From Phoronis australis (taxonomy: Eukaryota > Animalia > Phoronida): DNA of 64,000 nt. A program made the position numbers and the translations under genes. Shown piece after piece: positions 24,701 through 34,962 of this stretch (position 1 is its first letter; each line of letters starts with the position of its first letter). Below the pieces are notes generated by a model that worked only from the letters and a program-made list of their open reading frames with translations, made no database searches and was not told where the DNA came from. Location of the stretch: NCBI GenBank assembly GCA_002633005.1, contig NMRA01000982.1, positions 1-64,000 of the forward strand. The letters run 5' to 3'.

Positions 24701-27700
24701 AACACCTCCTAGAATGAACTTTATCCTACGTAAACATGTAATCATCCGCAGGTGTTACGTGATTGACTCATATGGGAATATGGTGTACGATCCCATTATT
24801 AAGAGCTTGCCCTTCCAATACCCGGATCTATATGAAGAGAAATCTCTCAGCTCAGTGGAAGGATATGTCTTCCGCGAGCTCATTAGACGGGGAATATTCG
24901 TGCAAAACAAGGCGTCAGACTTCAAGTCCACGTGTTCGACATTTGACGAGTCCGGCTGTTCCTTGGTGAGTTGTAAATTGCGAGGAACTTCGTCACATTC
25001 TCCTGAACTCTCACCGATTCAGTGTAAGTAGCAAGAATACGGGATAACAATCTACCCACTTAGCTGGGAGTTTAAATCAAGCATGACAAAAATCCCCAGT
25101 CTGACACTGGAGGCTGATCGAGTCAGTGTCGTATCAAGGAGTGTAACCTAATGGTACTACTCTCCTTGTTCGCACCTAGTGCCGGATCATGCATTGAGCT
25201 AACAAATTAAGCCCCGCCTTGAAGTCACAATGTTCCAATGAAATCTGTAGCGACCAGACACAGGTCGCATGATGATACAGTCTCAACTAAGCTCCTTAAA
25301 TATACTGCGTGTTTGTGGACGTGTGAAAACATTGATAGTCTTTTCTCATTAAACTGTTTTAATTTCATTACTAAGAATTTTTTCCTTCGATACAAATCGA
25401 TTATTAATATTATTAGAAATATGGGATCTTTTTGTGCAACAATTCCTAATTTAATGACCAAGTCCCAGTTTATTGTCATTGAACTAAAGGTTCATTTTTA
25501 TCACATTGTTGGAAAATGACATTAGTCAAAGAGAAACTAAGATAAAACGACTGAAACAGTTAAATTTGCTACTAAAAAACGACAAAAAATATGCAAAAGC
25601 TTTAGAGCGTTTAGTTGAGTACCTATTAGGGAGTTCCTCAAATTGCCAACATCCCCAGATTTCTGACAGCTTAGGGCCCCGAGAAACCATAAGCCCACGT
25701 AGCAAGAGTGACAGTCCGCCATGCTCACTTCGGGCGACCATACCGGTACTTGCGTGCAATGAACATACGGACCCGTTATTCAGTAAACATGCTGGCCTAA
25801 CACTGAGTCGGGGATGGGGTGGGCTATGAGCCTTTTCAGGAGGAAATATGCAAGTTGCTGAAAACGAAATTTCTTTGTCGCAAAATTTTTCATGTTGTGA
25901 TGAGAACAAGCCGAAACTTGTCAAAAAATAGCTTAGTCGAAGGCAGTTGAGTAGAAAGACAGCGGACATTGAACTAAACCTGTTTGAAGACATACTTGGA
26001 CAGACCTTTGGCAGGCTCTCCCGAACTTGGATGAACATCTTGCCAGAGTCATTGTGCCTGTGTAGTCGGACTTTGGTCACAACAGAATAATTGAGTTCGG
26101 AGTTTAAAGGGGCATGGGACGCGAAAAATGGTCAAAATATCTTTAAAACAATTCCTGACGAAACTATCGTCTCGTAAAGTCTAATACAGAGTAATTCACC
26201 TTCTCCTGTGAGGAAACTTCCCGAAAAAGTGACAAAATTCACGGTTTTTGAAATTCTCGAGAAGGGGAAACTCTGTCGTTACCACGTTTCTAGTCTCCCA
26301 GTCACTTATGATAAATGCGTGCATGCGCTCACAGTCAGACACTTGAATTCGCTTAAGGACAAAGGGCACATTTTCCATATAAGGGAAATATGCCATGTCT
26401 ATGTCTTACCACACCAAATAAGGAGACGTGCTTTGTCTTGTAGGAGAAAAATCGACAAATGGGCGAGCAGTTGACAGATGTTTTTTTTGAAATTAAAAAC
26501 TAAAGATGTCTTGACATCAACAGAAATTAAACATCTTTGCGAACAAACCCTAAAAATACCTGTTGAGCAGGTTGATACATGTTTCAATGGGGATTTTCAT
26601 TTACATTAATTAGAGGGCGCGCGTGTACTAGTGGTGATGGATTAAGCAGCCTCGATTTCGAGCTCCCTTTAAATACATGGTGAAAAGGCTTGCCGCCGTG
26701 CCAACTGAACTTGGTATTGCGTGAAAAGGGTGATGCTATGGGAGGAAGTAAGCACGACCTTATACAAAGGTAAGGTTTGTGATTATTTTAACGATTATTT
26801 CATGTTTATTCTACTGATGCCTGTTAACTGAGGTACTCGCCGATGTCGTCTTCGCGGCAGTCGCCAGTCGGATTAACCTTTGTTGTGATGTGTGTTACGA
26901 TACTTGAAGTAGCACTCGGGATTTTTTCGTACATCAAAGCAGTATTATTAATGTTTGGAATGATTTCTAACAGGTTTATCAGTGACAGTTACATCAATCA
27001 ATGCTGAATGTTTATGCTGTCAACTCGATACTGGTTAGTGAGCTAAGCCTTTGAAAAGGAACAGCTATTTTTAAAGAAATGTATGCAAGTCGTTTTCTTA
27101 ATTTACTTCTTCAGGTCCTTAGCGGGAGGTTGGCATAGGGGGATGGGGTTGTAAAATGTGGTGCAACTGAATGTGTGGAAACAACAGGTAATAGTGTCGG
27201 GAGAAAGAGCATGGTGAGGTAATTCTTAACCTTCATGAAGTTCCTTCAAGTTTATTTCATGAAACTGTTTTGCTATCAATTGTAAACCCATAAAAATATA
27301 TTACATTTTCTGAATTCTTAACGACTTGAAATGTTGCAAGTCGTTTATAAATTCAAATGGCTGTCATTTTTGTGAAAATTGCATTTTTGATGGTGCTTTA
27401 CGATTTGTAACTACTCTTTAAGAACAGAGATTATCCATCTTATTTTAAGTGACCCAAGTTTTCATATCCTCTAGTAGAAGAAAAATCAAAAGTCTGAGAA
27501 ACTTTTCCCTCACCCTTAGACTAGAAGTATGCTTGACAGACCCATGAATCTGTAATCGGAGTTTAAAATTGCTGAAAGCATCAAAAATAAAGAGGCTTGA
27601 AAATGGGTAACAAAGGTTTGAAGTTGTCTCTAATAACTTGCATATTTTGCAGACAAGTGATGCGTTTAATGAACTGTTCTGACTAAGAATGAAAAAGAAA

Positions 27701-30700
27701 GACGCAGTTTTATACAATACTTATTATATGCACCCTTGTTTTCTGGAAATAGTAATTATTTAATTTTGTGTGAAATTGTAGAGCAGTCACCATATCATAC
27801 TTTTGAAAAACAGGGGTAGCATTTTGACACAACCTGGAGTACTTAATTATTCATATTTCATTATTTGTTCCAGGTTCAGTGACATTTTAAGGCCACTTCA
27901 AGCCGAAACATAGACAAGCTTTGTTACTCCTTTCTCTTCCCACAGCATTTCCACACATCAGCAGTGCTCCTTGGCACAATGTACAAGTCAGTGGCCCAGG
28001 AGAAATGTGAATCGCAGTGCTAAGTTACCATAAGACAATATGCCAGTGGATTGTTTGTGTTAGAAGAGGAACTATATCTGACTGCTACACAAGTCAGCCT
28101 CGTTGGTGAGGATGCCCTTTCATAGGCAATGAGTTATGTGGACAACAGCTTATTTCCTTTCCTGGGAGAAACATCAGGGACTGAAGCTAAAGAAAACCTA
28201 GTGACACTCTGGTCTAGTTCAGGGTCAGATTTTGGGCACACAACGAGTTAAGTGATATGCTGTTGTGTTTACCTCCAAGGATCTAATTGTGGATGTTATT
28301 GAGGCTGAATGAGGTTACATGAAGGAAAGCCAGGTGCCGAAACTGGACCTTTTTACAAGCCCTTTTATATGTCATTGAAACTAGATCCCATTGAAATGAA
28401 AACCAAAAGCACCAGTTCTGGTATAAATACCTGTCCTTTCTCACTGAGTAACTTTTCAATTTGGTACCCGTTATGGGAAAATTACATTCAGTGACTGCAT
28501 CGATTGTCTCATTCTCAGTAGAAATCCCGTTGATGTTACACTTTCATGATGGAATAAATTTTTCATCAACAGGCAAGTTTGTCACTAATTATTGAAACCA
28601 CAATATTTCTTCAGTTTTAAAACCTCATCAGTTGTGCTGATTCTTTATAAAGCTGAAATGATTACCGATTACGCTTGCGAATTGTCATTTACTTGTTGAG
28701 CTATAGAGATGTGCAGCGATCAAAATGAAGTATTCCCTTTCTTTGCATTTGATTTTCTTGTGTGCAGGGGCAGATCCAGGATCCTGAGTTGGGGGGCAGG
28801 GCACAGGAATAATCAGAATTTCACCTCATGTGCGTGCACAGCCTAAAATTTTGGGATTTAGGGGGTCTCGAATTTTTGGGTTCAATTCTCTCAGGTTATT
28901 GCTGAAGGATTGCTTTTCACTTTGTCTAAAGGTAAAGCAGACGGTCAGGCGGCTGGTTTCAGTCATTTTCTCTCATCTAACAGAATAGTCAGAAAAAATA
29001 GCAAATTATAAAAGAAAACAAGACAAAACAATTTTAGTAAGGCAGAACATACTTGACGTTTCATCTTCATGTTTATATGTAGAAACTAATATAATCTTTG
29101 TACCCTGGAAGTCTTATTTAATATCTGAATAAAAATATGTGAAACAGGCTAAAAGTGATTTAAGAATGTGTATTTTCATGACACCTGAAATGTGTTTCTG
29201 ATCTCAACAAATAAAATTCATTCTAGGTGTCAATTTTTATTCCAATGCAATGTTACGACATTTACTTACTGTATGTTAATTCGATAACTAATCTGGTAGT
29301 CCTGGAGTTGGGTTCCGCTAAGAAAACTCACTCATCTAGAGAATTTTATCAGAAACAGCATAGTTTTGAAGAGAAAGTGCTGTGAAAAAGTCACCCTTGA
29401 CTTCTGAGCGTCACGTACAATACACCTCTTATATTGGGCGCACTCACATCCAGGACAATATGAATGTGCTGTATGAGCTGCTAGCCTACCATCCGGGTCC
29501 CGGGTGAGTTTCCGAAAAGAGAACTTAGTTCTACTGAATAAACCCGTTATTCAGTAGGGAAACTGGTGGGGATAACATCACCGAACGATGTCGATAGAAA
29601 CTGTTTGCCAAAACGTACTAAGTAACGTTATGTAGTCTGTCAATGGAAATGCATAGAGCACACAGTGAGGCTTCGGCATTCACACAATTTTTGTCAGTCG
29701 GTTAACCCTTTTGACCGCAATTCTCCACGCCTGTAGTAACCTCTGGTCTTTTGGGAATTTGTGACCACCTGTCGAAGACTTGCACCAGGGAAAATAGCAC
29801 TAATAAGGCTTAGCGTGACGACGTATTTTGATAACAATTCTGTTTTTTACCAGCTGTTTTCATGCAGACAGCGACGCATGCGCAATTCAAGCACCACTAG
29901 TACAGCAGCGGCACCGCGAGGAGAATTCTCCGAATTGCCCCATTGGAGACGGAACCACTTTCGATATTACAATTTAGTCTGTTTGACGCGTTCCAGGCCT
30001 CTTTAATGAGACGACTCACCGCTCATTGCTTTCTTACGCGATGGAATTTCGTAGTAAATTGTCATGGTTTCGACTATGTGGATGGGCGCCTTAGCTAGAG
30101 TTTAAAAGGATTCTTGTCGAAAATAAATGTATTTTTAATAGCGCTTTTTGCGAAGAAAAGTCGTCGAATTTGGACGTTGTTTGGTTCATTTTGAAGTCTA
30201 CTGTACGTATTTGTGCCCACGAAATCAATGCTTAGATTCATCGATAGTCCATTATAGGGTTACAGTTACAGTATATCGCACCTTTTTAGAAAAGTTTGTA
30301 TTTTGCCGAACATCTAGAAACATACATTTGTACTAAATCTAACTCAGTAGAAGTATACCTTTTCTGAGATGCATTTTGAATTTGTACTTTAATTTTATAT
30401 CGGTGTCCGTGAAACTGTTAACGACCGGTAATCGAAATGAGGACCACTGAGGAGNGAGGGGGGGGGTGCTTACATGTATGTGTAATTCAAAAGAGCAACC
30501 AGGGCGATGGCCTGCAAACAGGAAGTCTGTGGCATCATTTTGGTCCTGGTGACTAGTTGTGTTGAATTGTTTTGAACGCTAATATTCTTTCTTCAGCTCA
30601 CACGTGACCTGCGATTGTGTTTTCTAGTCCATCTTCATCAATCTGCACAAAGCCAAAGAAAAGGACCATACTTGGGGTAGCGCCGGCAAACACCTAAAAC

Positions 30701-33700
30701 GAACCTGTATTAAGACCATCGTGCACTATCTGCTGAACGAGTCTAAACAGGTATCATTGATTAAAGGTATGACAGATAGTTCTACTTATATTTCAACAAT
30801 CTCTGATTTCGATTTTACTCGTAATTTTTTAAAGTCACGTCTTGCGAACTGAAATAATGTGAGAATATGACAAATCACGAATATTGACCTTTTCAATACG
30901 CAATTTTCAATGGGTTCAACTATCTTAGGGATTATAGGTATTTTTAATCATTGTTTTATAAAAAAGTGAAATTCGACTTATTCGTCACTTTTCACTCACC
31001 CGAGGCACGTAAAATTGAAGACATTTTTGTAGCAAATTCGACCAATTCCAATTGGCTTTGAAAATTTTAAGGGATATTTTGTGATAAAACGTACTTTTGT
31101 CTCGCGCAATGTACATGTACAACTAAGATTTCCACATTTAAGAACTTTTTGTTGTCTAGGTTCCGGAAGTGTTTACGTTAATATCCCCACACATTCGTTA
31201 ATACACGAACCTTTTTATTAATTAGTAAAAATATCCTACTTACGTTCATCTCAAAGAGACTCAATGACATACTTTATTCTTAGGGACTTTAAAGCTAATT
31301 CACCTTATGTTTCAACTTCTTTGTCTTGTGAGACAGTTCGGAAGGACATTAGTGGTCACAAGACCTTCTCTTTCTGACTTAACATCAACGGTCTCACTGT
31401 TTTGCATTGCTTAGACAGAGGCGTGTCCGTACACAGGGTAGCGGAAAGTGTGAGACAATGTTAGTGTCCATCACTAATTTGCATGCGCCGGCGTCAGGAG
31501 CGAAACTTTGATAGTGATCGTCATAAGATTATTGCGGGGGGGGGGCGGAGGACAGTCGCACTCCAGAGTCAGGCAGAATGATAGGGGAGGCAAAGCGAAA
31601 TGTGTAGAAGAGAAGTAAATCAAGATTAAAAAGAAAACATTTGTCGGCCGGAAAGTTCTGGATTTAACCTATGAATGCACCAGCAGTGACATGTTATTAA
31701 TTAGGGGCATACAGTATAAACAATTGCACCATGTATTGTCTACACGCCCACGAAAACGGGCAATTCAGCATATTTCTACAAAGTCCACGAAAATTCAATG
31801 CGCAAAGTTCCAGAGCAAAGTGAAGAAGGCAACTTTTTTAGATTTCAAAGCTACTGCTCTCCAAAGACACTTCTGAGGCAATTGATAATGCAATAAACTG
31901 TAGCTCCTTTTTGTTTTTGAAATTATAAACGTGTACACTGTAATAAAGTTACATTAACGGGGACTCCCGAGAAGTGACGATAGCTACAATAACCATTTAT
32001 TTACCGTTTTTAAAATTAGGTGGGGACCACCTCGATCTTTGATAGGGTACCGATGGTGTACGCAATACCATGATGGTATCCATAACAGCTGCTTTCTTGT
32101 TTTATCAACAACCTGCTTATCTCAAGTGGCCTTGGGTGCGTGCTTCAGAGGTTGGAATCAGTTGTCACGTTTTGTTTACTTCGAGCACTACCCGTTTTAA
32201 TAACTGAATTGCAACTATTCATGTCAACGGTGGTCATCATACTACATTGTACATAACAGTAATCTGAAAGGGTTTCCCAGATTTCAACCAGTGGGAATGA
32301 CTGAATGTTATGACGTCGGTTTCATTATTATAAGCAATTAGAATCCTTGTTAAACAGCATTCGACAGTGCTACCTTTCGTGAACGAGTGTAGAAGTTGTA
32401 AGCTCGCACAGTTCCGTTCAAGGAGCGAACTTTTGATTTCGACCAGGTCTCAGCTTGTACCTTACTGCTGTAAGGAGGGCCGCGTATAAGAACTAACAGT
32501 TAGTTATTCGTTGAAACCATGCTTGGCGCGTACTCAGTGAAAAATGGCATGCTATGTCGAGCCGTTTGTTTATATAGGTCCCGATTTCTAGCAAGACTGG
32601 TACTTCTTTCGAAATCTTCAAGTCGTTTACAGTTTAACCAAGGAACGATTTGAGACCAATTCCACAACGGTAAATTGCTAAACCAAACGTTCGTATCGAA
32701 AACCCCGCCTATGCGAGTTTCAATCGTAAATCACGTGTTGACGCATTACCGCCAGAGTACAAGTACATTGTAGGCATAAACATTTTGAAGGGCTTCTCGA
32801 TGGTAGGTCCTCGTAACTGGAAAAGAGAGCTTACATACCTTCAATTAGGGCTAACATTTGTTAGCGTTAATATTCATACTTTGAAACTCTGTTGTCAGCT
32901 GATGTATGAGAAAATGGAGTTTCCAGGTGACCTGAGCGACGACCCGTGCGGCGATGGGACATGGTACTTCATACCTATAGAAGACCCTATCAGCAAACTA
33001 TCGACGAACATGTTTTTCCTCAAGATTTTTGACTTCAAGCCCAAAGACGCATTGTTCGACTTTCACTGCCATATCATGAACAGGTGACTATCTTCTAGGC
33101 ACACCTGGGCCCGGTCTCTAATGTTTGTACTCGAAACGAACTCGAAACTATTTTTGGCAATTTCTCTGCTCCTTTTGTGCGAACTTAAGATAATTGGTTA
33201 TCAGACTGTGCTCGAATACATTATAGTTTATGCATAGGAGTTTCTAGTTCAAGTTTGCCCTTGAAGACCCTTATATTCGTGCTACAAACTCGCGTAAAAA
33301 CTCGAAATTTCGAGTTCAAACTCGAACTTATTGCTTTAATATTGGGTTTACAAACTGTGAACTAAGGGCAATAAATTATCTACGTAAGTTATTGTGTATT
33401 CGAGCATAGAATAATGGACACTTATCTTGAGTTCGCCCAAAAGTAGAGTAGAAAATGCCAAACCTAATTTCGAGTTCCATTTCGAATAAAAAGATTGGAG
33501 ACCGGGCCCGGGTCTTTGTTGATGGGGTCCGAGAGGGGTTGACACACGCTTTCCATGTAGATATGCGCGAATTCCATCTACCTCTGTCAAAATGAACTGT
33601 AACATCGGTTACTTAAAGGGTTGTCCACTATGGGGATATGGTGGAAGGCACCGGATTCGGACGCTACCAAAATTTTAGAGCTACATGTATGGAAAGATTT

Positions 33701-34493
33701 ACTTTCGAAACTTGTGGTTGCCTCCCTTACAACATTCTAGATCTTCAGGCTGGCAAAAATCGTCCTTAAATTTTGGGCGTCGTGTGATACGTTTTCGACG
33801 AATTTCAACCTGAATTAACATTCAGCGAAAGATCACTTTCTTAGAAGATTTAACTTTTATTTGAATTGTTATTTTTTAATTCCATCTAGTCTATTTTCGT
33901 AGAAGCGAACATGTTAGGTCATATTGTGTCTTCCAGTCTTCGATGATTCCAGAAAGCATGCGCACAAATACTGAACCGTGAACATTCGGGTAAGACTCGT
34001 GAGCGCACGAGTGGGAGCATTTCCTAAATATTGTAGCTGTTAAAGTGACCTGAGGTGGTTTGCGTAGCCAAAATGCAGTTAACCAAAAATCGAAGGAGTG
34101 ATTTGCTCTACTGTAAAAGAGCGCCACCAATTGTAGCCTTCTTCGGAAGTGTCTGGTTGTATCGCTACTATGTAGTAAAGTGGAGTCAAACACAGTAAAA
34201 AGTGGTTTTGGTACGTTTTCAACATTTCCTGTCATTTGCTCTACTCTGTCTTCTTTCTTCCCAACTGCAGAATTTTCGCCGCTGGCTCTTTTAATGCTGT
34301 GCCTGACCCGTGCGATTTGGCGAAGAAGAATATCTACCAGATCCAAAAGAAGGCGGCTCTCTGTGGCATCGTGTCTTCCGCTCTTCAGTACTACAGGTGT
34401 GAAAGTTATGGCTGTGCTCTCTTCTCCCAGTTGACTGTGGCTGTCGTTGTGATAGTGGCGACGATTTTGTTCATGACATTTTACATGCAGTGA
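649..34493 (+). CDS. VWA and Cache domain-containing protein (CACHD1 / calcium channel alpha2-delta family), 5'-partial, 13 exons in window
   Basis: Exons 649-746, 1372-1458, 1804-1976, 2769-2898, 8170-8380, 10076-10195, 16121-16436, 17139-17311, 24199-24334, 24752-24965, 30628-30750, 32899-33083, 34271-34493 all have AG/GT boundaries and matching phases (about 730 codons). Family motifs: SPYIDQMGLGVVFTLSAPV, FLGVLGIDV, YGFMMNTYGDALIHP, YFGTQNGVFWVYP..YDHTAQEWY, HGVLAVDINY, CYVIDSYGNMVYDP, and a C-terminal hydrophobic tail. The start lies upstream of the window, and small exons may have been missed. Confidence 0.88.
1372..1458 (+). CDS. Exon of the VWA/Cache gene (end of VWA domain)
   Basis: ttcctag acceptor, VSMFVYILESRGYIPVEMHCSSDVFYTSI, gtaagt donor; resembles the V-x-I-F-T-Y...MAC...YY end of alpha2-delta VWA. 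Confidence 0.75.
1804..1976 (+). CDS. Exon of the VWA/Cache gene (first Cache domain)
   Basis: Encodes SSPYIDQMGLGVVFTLSAPVF, the typical PY-x-D...GLG-x-V-x-T-x-S-x-PV Cache motif; cag/gtaagt boundaries. Confidence 0.9.
2769..2898 (+). CDS. Exon of the VWA/Cache gene (first Cache domain)
   Basis: FLGVLGIDVSL...GYAYGFMMNTYGDALIHP; phase 2 start matches the previous exon. Confidence 0.9.
5828..6537 (-). mobile_element. Solo LTR (710 bp) nested in the left TIR of the Kolobok-type element
   Basis: TGTCA...TGACA termini, 5-bp TSD GCAAC (5823-5827, 6538-6542), minus-strand TATAAA and AATAAA, no internal coding region. Confidence 0.88.
6954..7300 (-). pseudogene. Frameshifted THAP zinc-finger domain (transposase N-terminus relic)
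   Basis: MPRCYCVTGC...RRFPKDDTLRRTW in one frame, RVCGKHF in a second and RLKKGTIPSL in a third: the C2CH and AVPT-like signature of THAP. Confidence 0.85.
8170..8380 (+). CDS. Exon of the VWA/Cache gene
   Basis: ttgcag acceptor; PDIAELE...AMLRRETG...SYFYTDIK, matching the D-I-x-x-L-E...M-x-x-x-E-T-G...Y-x-Y pattern of the family. Confidence 0.88.
10076..10195 (+). CDS. Exon of the VWA/Cache gene
   Basis: tttag acceptor, GTEKVIGLAIGENDLEFAYAAPSDNKYWARTISLMEKDVI, gtgagt donor; phase 1/1 fits its neighbours. Confidence 0.8.
10785..12621. mobile_element. Non-autonomous TIR element, copy 1 of a family repeated at 22345-23922
   Basis: Imperfect TIRs of about 30 bp (CCATGAAACTCTGGTCCTGGAATGCCAACT / AGTTGTCATTCTAGGACTAGAGTCCTATGG); colinear diverged similarity to the second copy over more than 1 kb; about 500 bp extra near 11750-12290. 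Confidence 0.75.
13830..15096 (-). mobile_element. Helentron-associated non-autonomous element (HINE/DINE-1-like)
   Basis: Read on the minus strand: 5' subterminal repeat with adjacent inverted copy (15071-15094), (ATTCTT)n microsatellite, about two copies of a ~430-bp TGACCT-rich tandem unit, 3' subterminal repeat (13866-13877), perfect 11-bp-stem hairpin (13840-13862), then CTAGT. Confidence 0.8.
14994..15046 (+). repeat. (AAGAAT)n microsatellite inside the Helentron-type element
   Basis: Directly visible hexamer run. Confidence 0.95.
16121..16436 (+). CDS. Exon of the VWA/Cache gene (second Cache region)
   Basis: LKLAPRAFCDPY...IYFGTQNGVFWVYPAQQIKRNYDHT, similar to the CACHD1 YIATPNGVLRIYPG...FDPTRRQWY segment; gtaagt donor. 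Confidence 0.9.
17139..17311 (+). CDS. Exon of the VWA/Cache gene
   Basis: tttcag acceptor, QEWYKNT...LITISLPIY, gtatgt donor. Confidence 0.88.
18075..18812 (+). repeat. Tandem array of ~21-bp unit TCTATCGATAGACTTATTAAC (left arm, present twice because of a 426-bp duplication)
   Basis: Directly visible; each unit contains the 12-bp palindrome TCTATCGATAGA. Confidence 0.92.
19838..20311. mobile_element. MITE with TA TSD (Tc1/mariner-like termini)
   Basis: TA|CAGTGCTGATCGAATCCAATGTCCTATCGAACG ... CGTTCGATAGGACGTTGGATTCGATCAGCACTG|TA. Confidence 0.88.
20989..21628 (-). repeat. Tandem array of the same ~21-bp unit in inverted orientation (right arm, roughly 30 units)
   Basis: Repeating TCTATCGATAGAGATAGTAAG and variants. 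Confidence 0.92.
22345..23922. mobile_element. Non-autonomous TIR element, copy 2 (left TIR interrupted by a SINE)
   Basis: CATAGAACGCTAGG[SINE]CCTGAAATTCCAACTCC ... GGAGTTGGCATTCCAGAGCTAGAGTTCTGTG; similar to 10785-12621. Confidence 0.75.
22359..22599 (+). mobile_element. tRNA-derived SINE with 13-bp TSD
   Basis: A-box-like TGGCCTGGTTG, B box GGTTCGAGTCC, T-rich tail, flanked by the direct repeat ATAGAACGCTAGG (22346-22358, 22600-22612). Confidence 0.85.
24199..24334 (+). CDS. Exon of the VWA/Cache gene
   Basis: ctttttag acceptor, ...SLHGVLAVDINYDYIHEL...DCNQ, gtgagt donor. Confidence 0.85.
24752..24965 (+). CDS. Exon of the VWA/Cache gene
   Basis: CYVIDSYGNMVYDP...VEGYVFRELIRRGIF...C, the family C-F/Y-I-I-D-x-x-G motif; gtgagt donor. 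Confidence 0.9.
26108..26668. mobile_element. Possible TTAA-targeting (Kolobok-like) non-autonomous element
   Basis: TTAA|AGGG...CCCT|TTAA; terminal complementarity is short. Confidence 0.45.
30628..30750 (+). CDS. Exon of the VWA/Cache gene
   Basis: tttctag acceptor, SIFINLHKAKEKDHTWGSAGKHLKRTCIKTIVHYLLNESKQ, cag|gtatca donor; phase 0/0. Confidence 0.72.
32899..33083 (+). CDS. Exon of the VWA/Cache gene (delta-like region)
   Basis: ...DPCGDGTWYFIPI...STNMFFLKI..., resembling the alpha2-delta C...F...TNL-x-F-V motif; cag/gtgact boundaries. Confidence 0.82.
33107..33509. mobile_element. MITE with long TIRs (PIF/Harbinger-like GGGCCC termini)
   Basis: GGGCCCGGTCTCTAAT... / ...ATTGGAGACCGGGCCC with imperfect inverted match over about 120 bp. 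Confidence 0.8.
34271..34493 (+). CDS. Last coding exon of the VWA/Cache gene, with hydrophobic C-terminus
   Basis: Polypyrimidine tract plus ctgcag acceptor; PDPCDLAK...C...C...LTVAVVVIVATILFMTFYMQ then TGA; phase 2 matches the previous exon. Confidence 0.85.
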
Positions 34494-34705
34494 CATTTCT
34501 ATGGCTTCAAGGCGGGTATTTCGTTTCTTGTCTTAACAAAGATTGATTGTTGGAATGGTCTTATTTTTTAATCATTATCCATCAAACACACGCACAGTTG
34601 GAAAGTGCGAGTATCCTACAGATAAACAACACGCACGTAATCGTTGTTGCATATCGGAATCTCAAATTTACACAAACCACCATTCGCGTACATGTATTAC
34701 ACAAT

Positions 34706-34865
34706 CAGGGGCAGATCCACTATTTTTAGTTGGGGGCAGAGCTGAGAATTAGTCAGGATTTTCCCCGTAAGACATTCGCACTCCCGAATTGCCAAATAGA
34801 ATCTGGGAGAGTTTTAGGGGGGGGGGCATGGCACCCTTGCCCCCCCCCCTCTAAATCCGCCACTG
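34706..34865. mobile_element. Short MITE (CAGGGGCAGATCC...AATCCGCCACTG); a related 5' fragment lies near 28765
   Basis: Imperfect TIRs, flanked by ACAAT on both sides. Confidence 0.6.
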
Positions 34866-34895
34866 ACAATAGCCCCTAGTAGGTAGCAAAAATAC

Positions 34896-34962
34896 TTATA
34901 TATATAAAAACATATGTATGTATATGTATATGAATATGTATATGTATATATATGTATATATA
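34896..34962 (+). repeat. TA/TATATG-rich microsatellite
   Basis: Directly visible. Confidence 0.85.

Noticed and set aside
33891-34496. 201-aa minus-strand ORF
   Set aside because: Antisense shadow of the last Cache-gene exon and its intron; no recognisable motifs.
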